Program-made: the position numbers and the translations under genes | The notes under the pieces: model-generated | Told to the model about the DNA's origin: nothing | The model's database searches: none | The model's input: only the letters and a program-made list of their open reading frames with translations | Shown: piece by piece, positions 61,234 to 64,000 of the stretch | How positions within the stretch are numbered: the stretch's first letter is position 1 | How the letters are laid out: every line of letters starts with the position of its first letter | NCBI GenBank assembly: GCA_963752505.1 | Contig: CAVVYM010000003.1 | Coordinates: 158,223-222,222 of the forward strand | Origin: an uncultured Actinomycetes bacterium | Lineage (GTDB): Bacteria; Actinomycetota; Actinomycetes; S36-B12; UBA10799 | Length of the DNA stretch: 64,000 nucleotides | Reading direction: 5' to 3'

Positions 61234-61919
61234 GGGGAGACGGCCTCCACGACGATCAGATCGGCTGCCCACCCCGGCAGTGAGACCCGCTGGGAATCGT
61301 GTTCCACGGCGACGTGACCCTCCTCTTCACCGGCGGAGACGCTGATCACTGCGCCGGGACGCACCGCAGCCGAATCGAGCAGTGCCATCATCGCCGCGTC
61401 ACCTTGGAGGTGCTCAGCGATGCGTTGGACGCGCACCTGCCGCGGACTGCTGCTCAACTGGCCGCTCAACGGCCGCCACGCGCTGGTCTCGGGCTCACGG
61501 TCGCCGAGTTCGGCGAGGCCGGGAATGGGGTTGCCGAACGGCGACGTGTCCGGGTGGCCGAGTAGTTCCACCAATCGTCGCTCCACGGCGTCGCTCATCA
61601 CGTGCTCCCAGCGGCAGGCCTCATCGTGGACCTCGGGCCAGGGCAGTCCGATCACATCGACGAGCAGGCACTCAGCGAGGCGGTGCTTGCGCATCACCCG
61701 GACGGCGAGGTCGTGGCCAAAGGGAGTGAATGCCACGCTGCGGTCGGGGCGCAGCGTCACGAGTCCGTCGCGTTCCATGCGCGCGACGGTCTGCGACACC
61801 GTCGGCCCAGACTGGCCCAACCGTTCGGCGATGCGCGCGCGCAACGGCGGGGTGCCCTCCTCCGACAGCTCGAAGAGCGTACGGAGGTACATCTCGGTGG
61901 TGTCGATCAGGTCACTCAT
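61230..61919 (-). CDS. ideR: iron-dependent repressor, DtxR/IdeR family
   Basis: MSDLIDTTEMYLRTLFELSEEG...RMERDGLV...RKHRLAECLL...EACRWEHVMS. 229 aa including the SH3-like C-terminal domain. Confidence 0.9.
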   Translation of the reverse strand: MSDLIDTTEMYLRTLFELSEEGTPPLRARIAERLGQSGPTVSQTVARMERDGLVTLRPDRSVAFTPFGHDLAVRVMRKHRLAECLLVDVIGLPWPEVHDEACRWEHVMSDAVERRLVELLGHPDTSPFGNPIPGLAELGDREPETSAWRPLSGQLSSSPRQVRVQRIAEHLQGDAAMMALLDSAAVRPGAVISVSAGEEEGHVAVEHDSQRVSLPGWAADLIVVEAVSP

Positions 61920-62015
61920 GCCGTATGGCCATCCTCCGTAGTCGTTAGCGGTCACGTTAGCCGTAGTCTGCTCGACGGGTCCGTCGTAGTCGAAACCTGA
62001 GAATCGTTTGGGAGC

Positions 62016-62843
62016 GTGACAACATTGTCTGCTGCATCTAACCCCGCCGCCGCTCGAGTGCTCGCAGACGATGCGCTCAGCGGGCGTCGTGCGCTGGTCA
62101 CCGGGGGCGGCACGGGAATCGGACGGGCCATCGCCTGGCAATTCGCGGCCGCCGGCGCCGACGTCGCGATTCTGGGCCGGCGTCCGGAGCCGTTGTCGGA
62201 GACCGCGGAATGGATCGCCGCGGCCTTCCCGTCAGTGCGGGTGCTGCCGGTGACAGCCGATGTGCGCGAACTGGAGGATGTCGACGGGGCTCTCGATGAG
62301 GTCATCGACACCTTCGACGGCATCGACGTGCTGGTCAACAACGCTGGGGGCCAATTCGTCAGCCCAGCAGAGAAGGTCACCCCCAAAGGTTTCCGAGCGG
62401 TGACGAGGCTCAATCTGGAAGCCACGTGGTACATGACGATGCAGGTCGCGAGTCGGTGCATGATTCCTAGCGGATACGGCAAGGTCATCAGCATCACTAT
62501 GACCCCTCGGCGTGGGATGCCCGGTATGGCACACAGCTCCGCCGCCCGAGCGGCAGTCGAGTCGTTGACGCGGACCTTGGCGGTCGAGTGGGGGTGCCAC
62601 GGCATTCGACTCACGGCGGTGGCGCCGGGGATTGTCCATACCGAAGCATGGGAGCGCTACGGACTTGACCCCGAGCAGGTGTCGCAGGTCGTGCCCGTTG
62701 GTCGGCTGGAGGCCGCCGACGAAGTTGCCGCCATGGTCGGTTTCCTCGCGAGCGCGGGTGGAGACTACGTCACCGGCACTACTATCGTGGTGGACGGCGG
62801 TTTGGACGTGTCTGGACCGGGTTCGGCGTTTGGCACCGCGTAA
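62016..62843 (+). CDS. short-chain dehydrogenase/reductase (enoyl/dienoyl-CoA reductase-like)
   Basis: VTGGGTGIGRAIA, NNAG, and SSAARAAV in place of YxxxK. Start could be GTG 62016 or TTG 62025. Confidence 0.8.
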   Translation: MTTLSAASNPAAARVLADDALSGRRALVTGGGTGIGRAIAWQFAAAGADVAILGRRPEPLSETAEWIAAAFPSVRVLPVTADVRELEDVDGALDEVIDTFDGIDVLVNNAGGQFVSPAEKVTPKGFRAVTRLNLEATWYMTMQVASRCMIPSGYGKVISITMTPRRGMPGMAHSSAARAAVESLTRTLAVEWGCHGIRLTAVAPGIVHTEAWERYGLDPEQVSQVVPVGRLEAADEVAAMVGFLASAGGDYVTGTTIVVDGGLDVSGPGSAFGTA

Positions 62844-62882
62844 CGGCGAACGCAGATTCCTCCGACGGCTGGCGGTGTCCTG

Positions 62883-64000
62883 ATGGGGTCCGAGCAAGCG
62901 GCCAGGCGTGCGGAGGTGAGTGCCACGGACAGTCAAGACGCACTTGTACGCAAAGCGCTGGCGACTGGGCTGGACGGCGTTGTCCTCTGCACCGCCCGCG
63001 AGCCATTCGAAGTCACCTTCGTCTCGGATGCGGCGCGGGCGGCGCTGCTGCAACTTGGGGTTTCCCCCGCCGTCTTCGCGCGGTTCGATGAGGCGCGCCT
63101 GGCTTCTGCCGCAGCCGGGCCAACGACGAACGATGCCACCCCCGTGACCATGTCCGATGTTCTGCCGCCGGGTCTCGACGCTGATGACGTTGCCATCGCG
63201 CGGGAGGTGGTGGAGGGCGGCTCTCGGATTGTCGACACGATCGATGTGCGCGGCCCGGAGGGCACGATTCGAGGGCACCTGGCTGTTGCGGTGCGGCTGC
63301 TGGGCGACAACGTCGCGTGGTCGGTGCGCACGGTCGACTTGTCCGAGCGCCGAGCCGGACGACCACGCCTGGAACCCACCCTCGACCCTCTCACCGGCCT
63401 GACCACCCGGTCCGGGGTGCGACGGGCGCTGGAATTCGGCCTTCAGCGACTTGAGGTGTTGGGCGAGGGATTCGCGGTCGAACTGGTCGACATTGACAAC
63501 TTGAACGGCATCAACGAACGGTTCGGCAGTGAGGTCGGCGACAGCGTGCTGCGCGAAGTGGGCGAACGGTTGCGCGCCCTCGTGCGGGGGTCGGACGCGG
63601 TTGGACGTGTCGGTGATGACGAATTCGTGCTGGTCTGGCAGGGGGTGCGGATACCGGGGGACGTGCGTTTGCTCCACAACCGGGTGGCCGAATCGATCGC
63701 GGCGGGATTCGACGTCGACGGCAGGCCCGTGAACGTGACCGTCAGCGCCGGGGCGCTGTTCGTCTCCGCCCCGCAGGATGGCGACCCGGACGACCTCCTG
63801 TGCAGCGTGGACGCCTCGATGCGCAGCGCTCGGTCACGGGGCCCCGGGAAGTGGGTGTTGGGAGAGCGACACGAGAACCTGGATCGTTCCAGCACATTTG
63901 TGACGGTGGGAGAACTTCGCGAGGCTTTGCGGCAAGACGAGTTGGTGCTCTACACCCAGCCCATGGTCGACGTGTTCACCGGCCAGACTGCGGGTGCGGA
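62883..64000 (+). CDS. sensor domain - GGDEF(degenerate) - EAL signalling protein; 3' end beyond window
   Basis: Not in the ORF track (open at the right edge). Manual translation from ATG 62883 gives DPLTGLTTRSG, ...VGRVGDDEFVLV (GDDEF instead of GGDEF), then the EAL-domain start ELREALRQDELVLYTQPMVD. Confidence 0.8.
   Translation, partial: MGSEQAARRAEVSATDSQDALVRKALATGLDGVVLCTAREPFEVTFVSDAARAALLQLGVSPAVFARFDEARLASAAAGPTTNDATPVTMSDVLPPGLDADDVAIAREVVEGGSRIVDTIDVRGPEGTIRGHLAVAVRLLGDNVAWSVRTVDLSERRAGRPRLEPTLDPLTGLTTRSGVRRALEFGLQRLEVLGEGFAVELVDIDNLNGINERFGSEVGDSVLREVGERLRALVRGSDAVGRVGDDEFVLVWQGVRIPGDVRLLHNRVAESIAAGFDVDGRPVNVTVSAGALFVSAPQDGDPDDLLCSVDASMRSARSRGPGKWVLGERHENLDRSSTFVTVGELREALRQDELVLYTQPMVDVFTGQTAGA

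Noticed and set aside
61935-61965. Possible IdeR iron box in the ideR/SDR divergent region (GTTAGC...GTTAGC)
   Set aside because: The two hexamers are direct repeats, not inverted, and the sequence does not fit the palindromic TTAGGTTAGGCTAACCTAA consensus.

Overview
High-GC (about 65-70%) chromosomal segment from an actinobacterium (mycothiol gene mshA, carD and ideR present; blocks of gene order resemble Mycobacterium). All family assignments are from reading the translations and from memory, with no database search. Start codons were chosen by frame arithmetic plus Shine-Dalgarno inspection and may be off by a few codons.

Most of the window is conserved housekeeping:
- mrpA (partial), pyrE, gpmA, mshA, phoU, senX3-regX3
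- lpqE-like, carD, ispD, ispF, cysS, rlmB
- a maltodextrin-type ABC operon with a GH13 enzyme
- gpgS, a SAM-I riboswitch ahead of a thrC-like gene, cspA, and groEL with two CIRCE operators
- a cspB-like gene, the XPB helicase pair, serC/citA, pdxH, a parA-like pair, phr, ideR, and a GGDEF-EAL gene running off the right edge

The only clearly accessory stretch is about 23.6-29.6 kb, next to tRNA-Thr(UGU):
- The 3' half of the tRNA is repeated twice in direct orientation, each time followed by a conserved ~130 bp hairpin module. This delimits two small tandem islands in which I recognise no recombinase.
- Their cargo is a relE/phd pair, an orphan antitoxin, a membrane-anchored unknown and a gene fragment.
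- Beside them lies a remnant operon headed by a 5'-truncated asparagine-synthetase-like gene.

Other points worth a second look:
- The SAM-I riboswitch sequesters the SD of a Zn-ribbon ThrC-family gene.
- serC carries a 1-nt homopolymer frameshift.
- The citrate synthase gene has no stop codon before serC.
- An 895-aa Zn-ribbon polytopic membrane protein.
- A ParA-like/RHH pair.

I found no CRISPR array, no rRNA, no intact transposase or integrase, and no convincing complete novel multi-gene system. The tRNA-Thr locus is the best candidate for something undescribed.
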